From Geosiphon pyriformis uo1 (lineage: Eukaryota; Fungi; Glomeromycota): 64,000 nt of DNA. A program made the position numbers and the translations under genes. The stretch covers positions 699,940 to 763,939 of the forward strand of contig JAAOMT010000239.1 of assembly GCA_016748015.1 (NCBI GenBank). Reading direction: 5' to 3'. Below the pieces are notes generated by a model that was not told the DNA's origin, ran no database searches, and saw only the letters and a list, made by a program, of their open reading frames with translations. This document shows, piece by piece, positions 1 through 14,247 of the stretch; positions within the stretch are counted from its first letter, which is position 1; each line of letters starts with the position of its first letter.

Positions 1-1162
1 CAAAAAGAAGACATGGGGATTAGATTTTCTCCCGAGCGCCGTCACTTCTTGTTTTCGTCTTGGGTTTTTTACTTGTTGTGACACTCTCTTCTTTATTTAC
101 CTCCTCGCTATCCTTACATTCAGGAGATGGAGATAGAGGGAGAAGATTTATTGAAGGAGGTCGAATGCAAAGTGTGTATCTTGGGGAAGAAAGGAGATGG
201 GAAGAGAAAAAGGTGGATTTATTTCGCGATTTCGAACCTGATAGCATTACTAAACAATTGGTTGGTATTTTTATTGATAGGTGTTCAGCAAAAATTTTCA
301 GGGGTAAAACGAATATAACTGTTCTCCTATATAAATACATGCCAACAAAATTTGAAGAAATGAGAAAACGAAAGTTAATGATAAAACTTAAAATTTGCCT
401 TCAACCTCTCCAACAATGGAAGTTATGGTAGAATTGATGGGTCGAGGGAGAACTTTTTCAAGTTTCCGAAATGACACAAATTAAATTGACCAAGTTCTTA
501 AAAAGTTCAATAGAACAAGAAACAACTTGCACCATGTTAAAAACATTCATGGTTCTTATACATTATTAAAAAAGTTGTCTCTTAACTTTTTTTAAAAGCA
601 ACATTTAAATTATTTGTATGAGTTAAATTAAAATTTTTCTTACAATATATCATCAGGCCGTTCTCAAAGCCGTATTAGGACTCTAATTATTCAAGACTAG
701 GAAGACTGATGCATATCAAAAAAATTTTGTTTTGTCAAATTTCTTTGGGATATTTTTTCTCTTGTCAAAAAATCATTATAAATTTAAATTTTATAGAGTC
801 AAAATTTGATAAAGGCAAAGAAAGAATTTAAAAATATTAAAAAATTATATCAATACCTTTTGAATGGGTTAGTATCTTTAAACCTACTCCTTTGAATCTA
901 AGATAATAACCTACCAGAATCTTTCACTTGTTTCCAAAAAAAAAAAAAAAAGAATTGGTTAAAGTATTTATTTAATAAAGTTAACAAAGTTGCTGATTCG
1001 TTAAAAAAATTTCAAATATATAAATTCTTATTAAGAAATATAATTTATCACATCAATTTATAATGAATATTAAAAAATTTAATTATTTCAAAATTAAAAA
1101 ATTGTTGTAATTTAGAAAAAATACTAATTAAGTATATTATTTGTTAATTTTTAAATTGATCT

Positions 1163-1163
1163 C

Positions 1164-1213
<50 letters not shown>
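1163..1213. repeat. (AAT)n microsatellite
   Basis: Perfect AAT run. Similar runs at ~11510-11552, ~18915-18950, ~20873-20908, ~38975-39006 and ~57350-57380. Confidence 0.95.
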
Positions 1214-1214
<1 letters not shown>

Positions 1215-2161
1215 TTGTTATTGAATCCAATGTGTTTTTTCATTTCAGATATTATTTAACATCCACCTATTTTGATATGCCGTGTTAATTAGAAAAGAAT
1301 AAAGATTAGTGATAATGAACGAGTTATCATGGACTTGGTCATCAATAAAAACAACAATAAGAGTAATCAAATGAAATAAAATAAAATATTCTAAAATCAA
1401 TGTCTTTTTAGCTATAATATCAATAAAAAATATTCAGAAACAATACCTATTCTTAATTTCTTATGTAATTTGTTACGAATACTATAATGTATGTCTAAGA
1501 TGTCATTTTGTGAGGGAGGGTTTTTTTTTTGCACCCCCGAATAAGAAACCATAATTTTATTAATAACATTTACTCTCCTGAATTTTAACAAGGCTCTTTT
1601 ACAAAAGTAATTAAGGGCCTCTTTATTTTTTCCTTTTGAATTCCAAAATGATTAGTATTCCAGTAAATTATTTTTTTTTTTTTCAAAAAATAAGTTGTGT
1701 AATCACAAATTTTTCATTTTCTTAAGAGATTCCTCGTTCGAGTTACCCGATCCCGTCACCTATTTACGCTTTTTAAATTCCCAGAGTCTCCCATCATTAG
1801 TAAGGAAATCGTATTAAACCAAAGAAAGATTAGTTCATTAAATATTTAACTGTCATCCCTTTTGGATGCTTTTTATAATGAATCTAATGATCCTGAGTAA
1901 TTTTTACCCCTCAATCATACTATAAATCATGGGTCATATTTCATGGCGTGAGTTCCTTTCCAAACATAAATGCAACTATTATGGTTCGATAAGGCAATGC
2001 GGCATTTCTCTTACTCAATTCTTACGTCTTTCTAAAATCAATTTTACTAAATTTTTCCCACTCATCATATCAAAAATCACAGAGAAAACATGTCATCTTC
2101 AATTATAAAAGAAGTCGTCATATTGTCCTAAATCTTATTAATTAATAAAAATTCCTCGAAA

Positions 2162-4132
2162 ATGCCACCAAAGAGAAAAGTCGTCGATAAAACTTCTGAG
2201 AAGGGTACCTCGATAACTACCGCAGCTAGTCGCAGTAAGAAATCAGTCAACAACGATAAACAACAAATTACTAATCCTAGTATTGAAGGTGACCATCATC
2301 CAGAAGGTAATAATGATCAAGAAAAGGATCCTCCACAACTAGGTAGTGAAACTCCAGCAATTAAACGTAGGAAAAAAGGAAATAAGGTGGATAAAATTTC
2401 CCCTGCCAGTTCTGATCTATCAACCGGCTCACCACCACAAAAAGAACAAGTAACGAAATCTACCCGGCATTTGACCGGGGTCAACATTAAACGCGGATCC
2501 AGAGGTAGACCAGTGAGAGTATCCGACAAAAAAGAAAAAGATGATGTGAATAATGAATCCCCTTCCACACCATCAGCGTCAGCCGAGGTTACTCATCTTG
2601 AGAATGGTCCACGTGATGATGAATCGCAGCAAGAAGTTGGAAATGATAGAATGACGATTAATGATTTTTCTCAATCTGTGGAAGAATCAAATGAACCAAA
2701 AAATAATCAGGAAACGCAAAACTCTGCTGAAAAGCCAACAAATGTGGCTAGTGAAGAAAAGAATGGTATTCAAGAGCATAAAAAAAATGTGAAACCAGCT
2801 ACAAAAGAATCATCAAATGATTACAGTCAAGTAAGCCAGTATCAAAATCCAAAAGAAAAAAATTCCAACGATGCTGATATAGTAGCAGAAGATAAAGATA
2901 ATAAAAATCAAGCTGCTTCTAAATTAGAGAGAGCTAGAAATTATATGCCTTCTAATGTCCTAGAAAAGGGTCACATTAATTTCTTTTATCGTCCCAAGGT
3001 TTTGGTGTCCAGAATATAAAATTTTTGTTGTGGATTTCGTTACGTAAATATTAAAATCCCTTCTCCCAACATACAAAGATCGACGCTTTCCATCCTGATA
3101 GTCCGGATGGCGTTCAACGTTTGTATATAATGCTATTACCTATTCTCGTTCGCCCTACGTTGGCCGATCCGGTAATTGAGGCTGCTGCGTGTAAAAAATT
3201 AGAAGCAGAGCCAATGGAAAAAAATAACCCAAATTTGGGGAAAACTCGTCTATTGATAATTGGAAGAAAAAAGCTTCCTGAAATTGGAAAACATGCTCGT
3301 TATTGGGCATATGTGGTATGTAAATTTTGTATTAAAATTTTCGAGTTTTAATGTTCGTAGGACTTACTTAATAGTGGCTCTCCTCTATGTTTGGGAAACA
3401 GGATAAAGTGTTTGAGAATTTAGATGATATTAAACAAGTCCTCGGAGAAGGTCATTACAACACTGCTACTAGAGGCGAAAGGATCGTTCAACCATGTAGA
3501 CCCTTGGTACTTTTTTTTTATTCGTTAAATCTCTTGTATATCCATGAGATATAAATTTTTTTTGCTAATTACTAATTAGTTGATGTGCCTAGGGGCGAGG
3601 TGCTTATTCTATCTTGGAGCACGAAGGTCACACGCATTTGGCGTATGTCTTGGAGTTGCCAAGTCAACCTGGTGAAGTTCAACATGCGTTCAACATCAAA
3701 CACGAGGCTAGTTATATCATAACTGTCAAGGTAATTATTGAGCTTTAAATAAATTTTATTCTAATCTATTTATCTAATTTCCCTTTTTAAACTATGGCAT
3801 AGAACCCTGAAATAGCTAACCCAGGATACGCCGGCCTTCCTAATAAGCAAAGAAAGTCATTTCCATCTCATTTGATGGAAAAATTTCAAGGACGCCGATT
3901 CAATCCACTTACCACCACTGAATATCTCGATTATGAAAACTGCGAGATTATACTTATCGGCGCAGATGAGGATATTACTGGTGAATTGGGAGAAACTGGT
4001 GAAAACCTTGAAATTTTGGCCGAGGAAGAAGCTAAGATGATTGAACCATTAAAAGCTAAAGCCTTATTCCAAGAGTTACATTTGGAACCAAAAGATTTCC
4101 CCTCGGAGACGTTGGAGGGGTTCTGGGAGTAG
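2162..4132 (+). CDS. Conserved hypothetical protein: disordered K/E/N-rich N-terminus plus a conserved C-terminal domain; 5 exons
   Basis: GT-AG exons 2162-2998, 3079-3315, 3402-3506, 3593-3730 and 3803-4132 join in frame. Motifs LEKGHINFFYRPK, RLLIIGRKKLP, YNTATRGER, HTHLAYVLELP, VKNP and GRRFNP..LDY resemble a fungal/plant family of unknown function (recognised from memory). Confidence 0.8.
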
Positions 4133-4587
4133 ATTTGGGGGTTAAAGGAATTGGATTGTCAGTGTAAACGAGATATCTCTTCCTTAGCAGATAAAGAGCT
4201 CACGAAGCTTTTATGATTATTCCAATTGTAATTTTTGTCTTGCAATCATTTTACGTGATGTCTTTTTTATTTCTCAAAAGAAGGGCGAATGTAAAATTAT
4301 CGTTTTTAGTTTTTTTAAATGATTCCAATTAAATTTTTTTTAATAGAATCAATATTAATACTAAATTGATTGCGACGAATACATTGGTATTCCAAACTAT
4401 ACAGTTGCTTTCAATATTAAATATGCTCAATTAATATCTGAGAATAAATAAAAGCAAAAAAAAAATTTATTTTAAAGGTAAAACTATGAAAAATATGCAG
4501 AAACTCGTGAATTTAAAATACAAAGGGATCTTCGTAAACCAAACCAATAAAAAATAAATTACTGCTGCTAAACTCAGTGTAATCTAT

Positions 4588-5739
4588 CTAAAAGAATCCA
4601 CCCATTCCATTAAAGCCACCACCCATCATACCGTTCATCCCGTTCATACCGTTCATACCATTCATACCGTTCATACCATTCATACCATTCATGAAACCGG
4701 ATAAATCAAATCCGTTATTATTGTTACCGCCACCACCATTCAATAAACTTGAGAAATCGAATTGATTATTTCCATGATTGGCGTACTATGGAAAAAAAAA
4801 CGGCAAGTTTTTGAAGATTTGAGATTTTTAGTAAATTTTTAAATTATTCCCACAATATAAAAATCTCAAAAACTTACCATTTCGGTGTATATTTTTTGAA
4901 GGTCATTATAATTCGGGGTTTGAACATGTGCTTGATTATTATTATTATTATTTAGATAATTTTCCATATTTATTTGCCCACCACCATTATTAGCATTAGC
5001 ACTGCCTCTGCCACCGCCACCGCCACTGCTATTTGTGGCAGCATTAATACTACTAGCTACATTTAGAAAATTACCCAGAGGGCCATTTATTGGTGCACCT
5101 AACATTTGGTTCATTTTTGCGGCTGAACCTAGTGCTGAAAGGATCGATTTTGCTGACTGTATTGTTGATACTCGTGATGGTGGTGGTGGTGGTGGTGGTG
5201 AAGTTGGAATTGGACTTGGACTTGGATGATGAATTACAATGATTCGTCTCGGTGGTGTTTGTGTAGCTGGATAAAATTGTTGCTGTTGAGGATGTTGGTA
5301 ATTTTGATAATTTTGATAATTTTGATGTTGGGGATTAGGGTTTTGGGTTTTTCGGGGGTCATACTGTAGTGAGAATGAAATGTGTAGAATGAAATGGTGT
5401 AAAATAATTTAGTATGTGAAAAAATAAAGTTCAAGAAAAGAAAGAAAGGAATAAACAAATAAACAAACCCATGTGGTTGTATTAGTTGATTCGTTAATAT
5501 CTATTTGAAAAAAAAATTAATTAGCTCAAAATATTTAATGAATTCAAAGAGAAGGTAAACCTTAGCGAAAAAACCCCCCCCCCCCACTCACAATAAAATC
5601 TTTTATAATTTTCGTCGAACTGAAAAAGTAAGATAATTAAAAAGACCGTTAATATTTATAGGGACTCGATTAAATTTTTCAATGAAAAAAATATACTGCC
5701 TACCTTTTCTTTCCATCCTGAAGGTAAAGGTCCAGCCAT
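4588..5739 (-). CDS. WW-domain protein with Q/P-rich middle and N/G/M-rich low-complexity C-terminus (Wwm1-like architecture), ~259 aa, 5 exons
   Basis: Exons 5739-5704, 5619-5592, 5500-5469, 5363-4878 and 4785-4588 are all GT-AG and give MAGPLPSGWKEKFDENYKRFYYINESTNTTTWYDPR (canonical WW) ... (NGM)x7 MGGGFNGMGGFF*. Largely missed by the ORF track. Confidence 0.85.
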
Positions 5740-5910
5740 TAAAATAATACTATTATGTTTTTTTGAATGGTCAAGATAAATTTGAAATATCAAAGAAGTT
5801 GTGAAGTAATATTTTCTACCCTTTTAAAAAGAGCGAAAAGAAAATAATTATAATGAATCAGAAAATGGAGAACTGGTAGTCATTAATTTATGAAACTAGG
5901 ATCCCCCCTA

Positions 5911-5955
5911 GTGTGGTGTGATTGCGGGTGTGGTGTGATTGCCGGTGTGGTGTGA
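5911..5955. promoter_or_regulatory. 17-bp direct repeat GTGTGGTGTGATTGC(G/C)G x ~2.6 upstream of the WW gene
   Basis: gtgtggtgtgattgcgg-gtgtggtgtgattgccg-gtgtggtgtga lies ~170 bp 5' of the ATG. The regulatory role is inferred. Confidence 0.45.
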
Positions 5956-7991
5956 AGATTTAGAATTAAAAATGAAAACTAAAAAGGAAGTAGATAAATT
6001 TTTTTTCGGCCGCAGAAGCAGAATTTGAAATTTCCATTCCACAGGAACTAACCTAAAAAATATTAATTTTTTTTAACAAAATAAATGGTAAAAGATAACA
6101 TTATTAATTATGTCAAAAAAATTGGTATCATTTCATGGTTTTGGTACGATTTGGCAAAAGAAAAATGTTCTAAATTTTTTAGCTTTTAAATTAATCTTTC
6201 AAAAATCATATATTTAAGATTAAATTGGAAATAATTATTGTGCTACATACTAATACATATTTTTTACAAGACTTTTCAAAATATTTTATTATTGAAAATT
6301 ATTTAAAAAAAAACAATAAAAAATAATTTCTTATTATATTTAAATTAAAAATTAAAAATTAAAAATTAAAAATAAATTTATAGTATTTACTTATAATTAA
6401 TTGAATTTTTAAGTTATAAAAATTGATCAAATTTTTAATATATGTTTTTAATATGTTTTTAATGTTTTTGCAAGTTTTTAATAGAATTTAAATTTAAAAA
6501 TTTTAATATTATTGTTTTAAATTACTTTTTTAATAAGTTTTATAATTGAAAATAATGTTTTTTTTATATTAAAATTTAATTGCTTTAAAGTTTTAATAAA
6601 AATAACAGATTTTTAAATACTATATATTATAAAATAATATAATAATATAATGATAATTTTATTAAATTTTATTGTTAATTTTTAATATTAAAATTAATTT
6701 TATTATTAATTTTAATATTTTTGAATTTTTACTGTTTAATATTGTTAAATAGAAATAGCAAAACTAATTTTTTATTTATTATATTTATATTTATATTTAT
6801 ATATATTATAATAAATTTAGATAAAAAATACTATTATTTTAAACAAATTCTATTATTAATTAATTTTTTAATAATTAATAATTATTTTATAATAGTTATA
6901 AATTATTATAAATTAAAATTTTTTTTTAATTATTTTATCAACTATTTTATTGTTACTTAAAAAATTTTTAATAAAAAAATATGAATCAATATACTACATA
7001 TTTTTTGTTTTTATTTTTTTAAATACTTTTTTGAAAAGTATAATTATAAGTTTTTAAATAAGTTATTTTAATTTTTTTAATTTTTTATGATATAAATAAA
7101 AAATAAAAAATTATAAATAACAGAGTAACTTAAACTGTTATAATAATAAAAATTAATTTTTAATATGTTTTATTCAAATTTATTTTCTCTTAGGTTGAAG
7201 TTTATTAATAAATATATATTATTAATTAAGAATATTAAAATTACTTTAATTTATCAATTTTTTAATTTTCTTTGTTTATCATCTTTAAATTTGAGACTCA
7301 TTGTAAAATTAAATAATTTATAAAACTTCAAATCTTTTAATCATTATACTACTAGTAATAAATTGATTTTATTATATTCTTAATATATTTTTATGAAAAT
7401 CTTATTTACATGCATATATTATTTTATATTAAAATAATATTATAAATTTGAATTAAAATAACGTTAATATTTAAATTTTTAACAGTTAAAATATCATATA
7501 AAAAAATAATTTTTTGTTATAAAAACTACAAAATAAATACATGTATAAATAATTTATAAATTTTTTAAAAAAATAATTATATTAATTAAATCAAAATATT
7601 TAAATAGTTTTTTTTATTTGCTCAAAAAAGTGAGGGTAATTTTCATGCATCACACGAAGCCTAAATCGTTTTTATTAGTATTATTATTGTTGTTGTTGTT
7701 GTTGTGTTGCTATTGTTGTTATTTTATAAAGAAATTGAACTACTCATTTAATTTAGGTAACAATGAGAAACTTGTTTGGCGCCTCTGTGCATTATAGCTA
7801 ATTAGATTTGTAGCGAATCACAGTCTGATGAATAAGGTTAATAAATTGATTTGTTACACTATGTGAAACAATATAAATAAGAACTCGCCTTTAGACAAAT
7901 AACTATAAACGTACTATCAAATAAACCTTTAAAGAAACCCTCTTTGAATAATAACTTATTCACATTTTATCCTTTGTCCGTTATTTATATC

Positions 7992-9260
7992 ATGGAAAAC
8001 AAAGAAATTAAAAGAACGACTCGTCCAGAGGCTCATGATTGCAATGAATGTCAACAGTGTCAACGGTTTATTGAATATACTGGTAATTTTTGTAAAGCAT
8101 GCCAGTTCATGTTTTTCAAAAAACATTATAAAGACTTTTCAAGTGGCAATGAAGAAGTTGATAAAATAATTAAGAATCCAATCTATATTCAATATGATCA
8201 ATCTGATAATTATGGTGAATTGAATTACTATGAATGGATTCCATGGGAGCATTTGTCGAATATCAACGAAATTGCTAGAGGAGGGTTTGGGATAATTTAT
8301 AAAGCAACCCTAATTGATGGATTAATTTATTCAGCAAGTATAAAACATTATGGTTCAATGGAATATAAAACATATAACAAAGGGATGCAAGTAGCAATAA
8401 AAATAATAAAAAAGAACAGTTCAGAAGTGTTTAAAGAGGTAACAAACTATTTATATTTATATATTAATTTAATTCACATTTACCTATTATTTATTTACTA
8501 TATATATTATCTATTTACTTAATCTTTTTTTCACTGTGTTTTGATAGTTAAATATTCAAAGAGCTATATTTATTAATAACAGTGAAGAGTTGTATAATAT
8601 CTCTAAAATATTGGGGATTACGCAAAACGCTGAAACACTCGAGTATGGAATTGTGATGAAGTTTGCCAGACATGGAGATATGCGAAAATATTTGTCAACA
8701 AATTTTCATTATACGAGTTGGTCTAATAAATTTGAGATCGCGATCCGTATAGCTTCTGGACTTGATTCAATTCATTCTTCTGGTATGGTTCATCGTGATC
8801 TACATTCGGGCAACATCCTACAATTTGATAAACACTTGGTAAATATTGGAGACCTCGGATTATGTCAAACTACAAACCATGAAGCAACAACAACAACAAT
8901 AACAACAGAGGAAAAAAAGATATTTGGAGTGATTCCATATATTCCACCAGAAGTTTTAAGAGGAGAAAAGTTTACAACAGCTGGTGATATTTATAGTCTA
9001 GGAATGTTATTATGGGAATTATCAACAGGAAAACCTCCTTTTCATGATTGTCCTCATGACGAAATCCTTATAATGGCTATTTTAAATGGTCAAAGACCTA
9101 ATATTACCTCCCCATTTATTCCACCTCCAATTGCTAAACTCATTAAAANNNNNNNNNNNNNNNNNNNNNNNNNNNNNNNNNNNNNNNNNNNNNNNNNTTT
9201 CTTTTTAAAGAATTAGTCTATTTGCCTGAGAGTAAAAAAGTTGAAGAAAATTTTGAATGA
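7992..9260 (+). CDS. K1: TKL-like protein kinase with Cys-rich N-terminus; interrupted by an assembly gap
   Basis: Exon 1 7992-8438 (CxxCxxC...CxxC, FSSGN, IARGGFG, VAIK); exon 2 from 8548 (HRDLHSGNIL, DLGL, GVIPYIPPE, DIYSLG); last exon 9217-9260. Confidence 0.85.
9149..9197. other. Assembly gap (N run)
   Basis: Ns. Comparison with paralog K6 suggests ~300 bp are missing, more than the 49 N shown. Confidence 0.95.
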
Positions 9261-9639
9261 ATTTTCAATGTGTAATCGTTTAAATGAGTTTAAATAGATT
9301 TAATCTTTTTAATTATAAATCAATCATAATTAGATTAGAATTATATTTTATATTTAGCAAAATTATCTTTTATTAATAAAATTTAAATATATAAATGTAA
9401 CATACTTTTATTTTCCATTTTACCGTTTTAAAAAAAAATTTATAATTATCTTTTAATATTTATAATATTAATTAAAATATTTAACTATTTTGTTTTATAT
9501 TATTCGTGATAAATTAAATTAAATTAAATTAAATTAATTAATTAATTAAAATCAAAATAATCAATAATTAAAGCGCAAACAATAATAATAAATAAATAAT
9601 TACTACAGTGGGAGCGAAAGACTTGTAGCAGACATCCTT

Positions 9640-10265
9640 ATCTCATACTCCTTTATTCCTATATTCTTGTAAGCATTTCTGCCAATACTAACCCTTTTAT
9701 TGTTATAGATCTAGTGGCTTTTTCGGCTGGTGTTTCTAGCAGTGGAGAGACTGGTGTGGGGTCTTGTTCTGTTGTTAAAAAGAATCAATTTTTGCCTATA
9801 TTTATCTATGACAACGCGGACAAGAAGGCCAGAAAGCTCAGTATAACTGCTACCATGGTTGACACTTCTGCTGGCCTCCTGTATTTTGGTACTTTAGGTG
9901 ATGGTAAACACATTTTACATCAGTCCTGGAGAAATGAAGTGGGCAGTGTGAGCAAAGCTTCAGAAGTCGAGGAATTAGAAAATTTAATAATTAAGGAAAC
10001 TCACTATGCTGATTTGGATGACTTGGAGGGTGATAAAGATATGAATGATGTGACATCATGATGCATTCGAACTACTACTTATAATTTAATCAAATTACCA
10101 CCTGTATTTGTTATTGATAGTATATGTGATAACGAAGTTCTGGATCTTTTTTCGCTGATTTCAGTTGCAAAAGATGGCCAGATTCCTTTGCTGGTAAAAG
10201 AAAAAAGAGTTTTTAGTCCAGCTAAGTCATTTACTCTAAATATTGACATGTTAGCTGTTCCTGAA
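9640..10265 (+). mobile_element. 5' fragment of a LINE (ORF1 N-terminus), degenerate
   Basis: Pyrimidine-rich 5' start, S/G-rich ORF, ending in KSFTLNIDMLAV. This matches ORF1 of the full LINEs (KSFALDINLLAV in LINE-B, KFFTLDINFLAI in LINE-A). Confidence 0.7.
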
Positions 10266-10610
10266 AAAAATTTATAGAAGGAAAAACCAGCTCGTTAACT
10301 GGTCTGTTATTAAAAACTTTTGGGCTCTTGGATGAAATGAAGACAATACTAGGATTAACCCAAATATGTTTCTTTGAAAAAACTTTGACTGATGAAAAAC
10401 AAGCCAAAAATAGAAAAAATACTTTAGTGGTCATCAAAGGCAGCTTTTTATTATTACTAGTCATAAAAAAAGCTTCTAAAACATTCTGTCTAGCTGTTTT
10501 TACAACAGAAAGAACTTTTCTGGTTAAAACTTTGTAAAAAGATACCAGTTACAGCATTTTTATTCTTTGCTTTAGTTGTGATCATAAAATTAAGAAGGTA
10601 AGGAGTTTAA
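10266..10610 (-). mobile_element. Probable 5' fragment of a second LINE-type ORF1, opposite strand
   Basis: GC-richer island encoding KHIWVNPSIVFISSKSPKVFNNRPVNELVFPSI, with a CTCCTT 5' start like the other elements. Family assignment is from recall only. Confidence 0.45.
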
Positions 10611-11509
10611 ATTTAACAAATATATTATTATTATGTAAATTATACACAAATTACATATAATAAATTATTTAAATTAATTAAAATTATTTTATTTTACTAT
10701 AATAAACTTTTTATTTAATATTAAATTTAAAAAATCTTTATTAAAAATATTTTTATTATTTAAAATAATTTATATATACTTATAATACACAAATAAGTTA
10801 ATTATATACTATATATTTTTCAATAAATTTTATTTTTGTTTATATTTTTTATTATTTTAATATTATTATTCTTTAATATTATATTTAATTATTTATATTA
10901 ATTTGTGTTTTTACAATTAATATTTAAATTTTTTATAATATATAATATATAATTTTTTATTAATACAATAATTTTTGTAATAATTATTTGGTATTTTTTA
11001 AATATTATAATTATAATTACATATTAATTTTTACATATAATAGTTTTTATTAAAATTATATATATTTTTTTTAAATTATTATTGATTTTTTCAATTATAT
11101 TTAATATATTTTTATAAATATATTAAATAAAATAAAATTTAGAAAATAATATTTTATTTCTTAAAAATAATATTACATTATTTATTAATTTTATTAAAAA
11201 TAAATTAAAAAATTTTTAATTTTAATTAAAACACAAAGCACAAAATATTTTTTATCATAAAATAATTAAATAATTTAGTTTTAAATTTTAATTTACCAAA
11301 TAACAATTAAATTGCCACAAAAAAAAAACTTAATTTAATTATATGATTTTAAAATTACAAAAAATTATGTTTAAGTAAGAATTATTACTACTTAAATACT
11401 TAAAAATTTTGCTTTATAATAATTAAATAACAGTTAAACAAAATATTATAATTTTTTTTTAATATTATAAATATTAACAACTTTTAATTGTTTTAAAAAC
11501 ATTATTTTT

Positions 11510-11513
11510 TTTA

Positions 11514-11552
<39 letters not shown>

Positions 11553-12070
11553 TTATTTTACAAGTAAGATCTAACTTTTATGTACTACAATACAATAAAA
11601 ATATGATCTAAAATAAAAGTCATTTATATATTTTTATATGTAATTAACTATTTAATTAATTAAAACTATATTGTATACTTAATACAACTCTAACATCTAT
11701 AACCAAATCTAAAAAAAAAAAACAAATAGGCTTTTTTAAAACCAAAACCAATTAAATGGCTTTTTAAGCACATCTAATTTCTAAACAATTATTTTGAAAA
11801 CAACAATTACAGAACTCCAAGCCCAATCATTTATTTCTTAAACTTTTAAAAAATGACGTTATTTACGAAATTATTATTAGCTAATAGCCTTAATAGTTAA
11901 ACAGGTTTTAATTTTAGTTAAAGCACAATAACGCCAATACAGAATAGAAAAGCTATCTTTTAACTAAAAGAATTAATCAAATTCTATTTGTGCAATAACT
12001 AAACGATTTAGTTTTCATACCTTGACAAAATATAGTTGAGTTGAAAACTCCACATGGAATACGTGATCTT
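11510..12070 (-). mobile_element. Heavily decayed LINE 3' end with (TAA)n tail
   Basis: (tta)n followed by aagtaagatc (cf. aagtgaggtc at 48938), an AT-shifted 3'UTR, and a GFG / FFF ORF2 C-terminal remnant. Confidence 0.55.
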
Positions 12071-12712
12071 ATAAATTCAATTAAAAAGAATTAAAAAACA
12101 TATTAAAAGTTTTAATAAAATCACTTAATTAAAAGTGGTTATTTAATTTAAAATTATTATTTTGCAATCGGAAAAAAAAGTTTCAATTTAAATAAAGCTG
12201 TTTTTTTTGTTTTATTAATAATGTTTAAAATTAACTTAATATTTTATAATAATGTAAAATTGTTTATTTTTGTTAATTTTATTAAAATAATTAAATATAA
12301 TTTACATATTTTGTATTTTTTCTAATTAATTTTTTTTGTTTTTATAGTTATTTTAATTATTTAATAAAATATAAATTTTTTCGGTTACAATATTTTACAA
12401 TATAATACATTAAATACCTAAATATTTATATATGCATAAAATCAAACCAAAAAAACATAATTATTAACTAAATAACTTTGTTAGTATTTTTAAATTTTTT
12501 GTTATTTTGTTTAAATACATTTTTAACTATTTTTCAAATACTATTTTATTTTTTTATTTTTTTATTTCACAATTAAAACAGTATTACAATACCAATTATT
12601 AATATTTAATTTAAATTTATTTTTAATAATAAATTAATTATTTTGAAGTTTAAATTCATTTAAACATAATAAATAATAAAATAAATAAAATACATAAAAT
12701 TCATTCGAAAAT

Positions 12713-14247
12713 TTATTCAACTTCGTTATTTTCAGGCAAATAGATTAATTCTTTTAAAAAGCAAAATAAAAAGCAAAAAGTTTAGCATATTCAATTTAAC
12801 TAATAACCTAATCAGTCATTTTGAAATTAAATGAACTAACCTTTAGAAAAATGAATCATTTGAGCAGTTAAAGGACGACTTGTATAAACTGCTCCTGTAT
12901 GAATTATTTTCTTATCGTGTTTCATAGTCTTTTTAAGGGGTTGAATGCTTTTTGAAAATTTTATTGTCCTAAAGTATATCCATCTTTTAAATATATTATT
13001 ATACAAATTTCCAAGTTTTCCCGACTTCTTCCAAATTTCTTCAGCAGTAGGACGATTCTTAGAATTAGCATCCCAACACTTTTTAATGAGTTTACCGATA
13101 GAAGGTGGAATAAGGGGTGAGGTAATATTAGGTCTTTGACCATTTAAAATAGCCATTATAAGGATTTCGTCATGAGGATAATCATGAAAGGGAGGTTTTC
13201 CTGTTGCTAATTCCCATAATATCATGGCAAAACTATAAATATCACCCGATGTCGTAAACTTTTCTCCTCTTAAGACTTCTGGTGGAATGTATGGAATCAC
13301 TCCATATATCTTTTTTTCCTTCGTTGCTTTTCCTGTTGTTGTTGCTTCATTGTTTGTAGGTTGGCATAATCCGAGGTCTCCAATTTGTACCGTTCGTGAA
13401 TAATATATTAGGATGTTGCCCGAATGTAGGTCACGATGAACCATACCAAAAGAATGAATCATACTAAGTCCCCAAGCTATACGTTGCGCGATCACTAATT
13501 TATCTTTCCAACTCATATAATGAAAATTTGTTGATAAATGCTTCCGCATGTCTCCATATCGAGCAAGGTGTATCACAATTCCATATTCAAATGTTTCAGT
13601 GTTTTGGGTAATTCCGTATATTTTAGATATATTGTATAGGAAATCGCTATCGTTATTATTGAACATGGTTCTTTGAATATTTAACTATCAAAAAGCGAAA
13701 GAATGATAAATAGATAATCAGATTAAGCATATAAATATAATAAAAATAAACAAGAATGAACCCTTCAAAATAATAATAATAATAATTTGATTACCTCTTT
13801 AAAGACTTCGTTACTATTCTTTGAAGATGATTTCATAAATTTTATTGCTACTTCCATCCCTTTTCCCCATGTTTCATATTCAATTGAACCATGATGTTTT
13901 ATAATATCAAAACGAATAAATCCATCAATAAAGGTTGCTTTATAAATTGTACCGAACCCTCCCTCTCCAATTTTGTTAATATCTGACAAACTCTCCCATG
14001 GAATCCATTCATAATAATTAACTTTACTAAAAGAATGTTCAGTAGGTGAAGTATAGATTGGATTCTTAATTATTTCATCAATTACTTTATTTCCGCTTGA
14101 AAAGTCTTTATAAAGTTTTTCAAAAAATAAGAATTTGCATGCTCCACACTTATTCACTACATTTCGAATGCTCTCTTGACATTCTTCACATAGGTTACAA
14201 TCATGAGCAGCTTCTGGACGAGTTCTTTTAATTTCTTTCTTTTCCAT
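12713..14247 (-). CDS. K2: TKL-like protein kinase, kinase domain intact
   Basis: Exon 1 14247-13795, exon 2 13684-12841; IGEGGFG, VAIK, HRDLHSGN, DLG, PPE all present. The last-exon acceptor is AA rather than AG, but an in-frame AG lies 6 nt upstream. Confidence 0.85.

Noticed and set aside
1-431. Overlapping ORFs 20-340 (-), 60-431 (+) and 127-318 (+)
   Set aside because: No recognisable motifs. More likely the pyrimidine-rich 5'UTR or promoter of a minus-strand gene starting near position 14 or outside the window; cannot be confirmed.
6721-6960. AT-rich I/F/N/K ORFs (also 38049, 57785, 62599, 62878) as genes or mitochondrial inserts
   Set aside because: Compositional artefacts of AT deserts; no organellar gene motifs.
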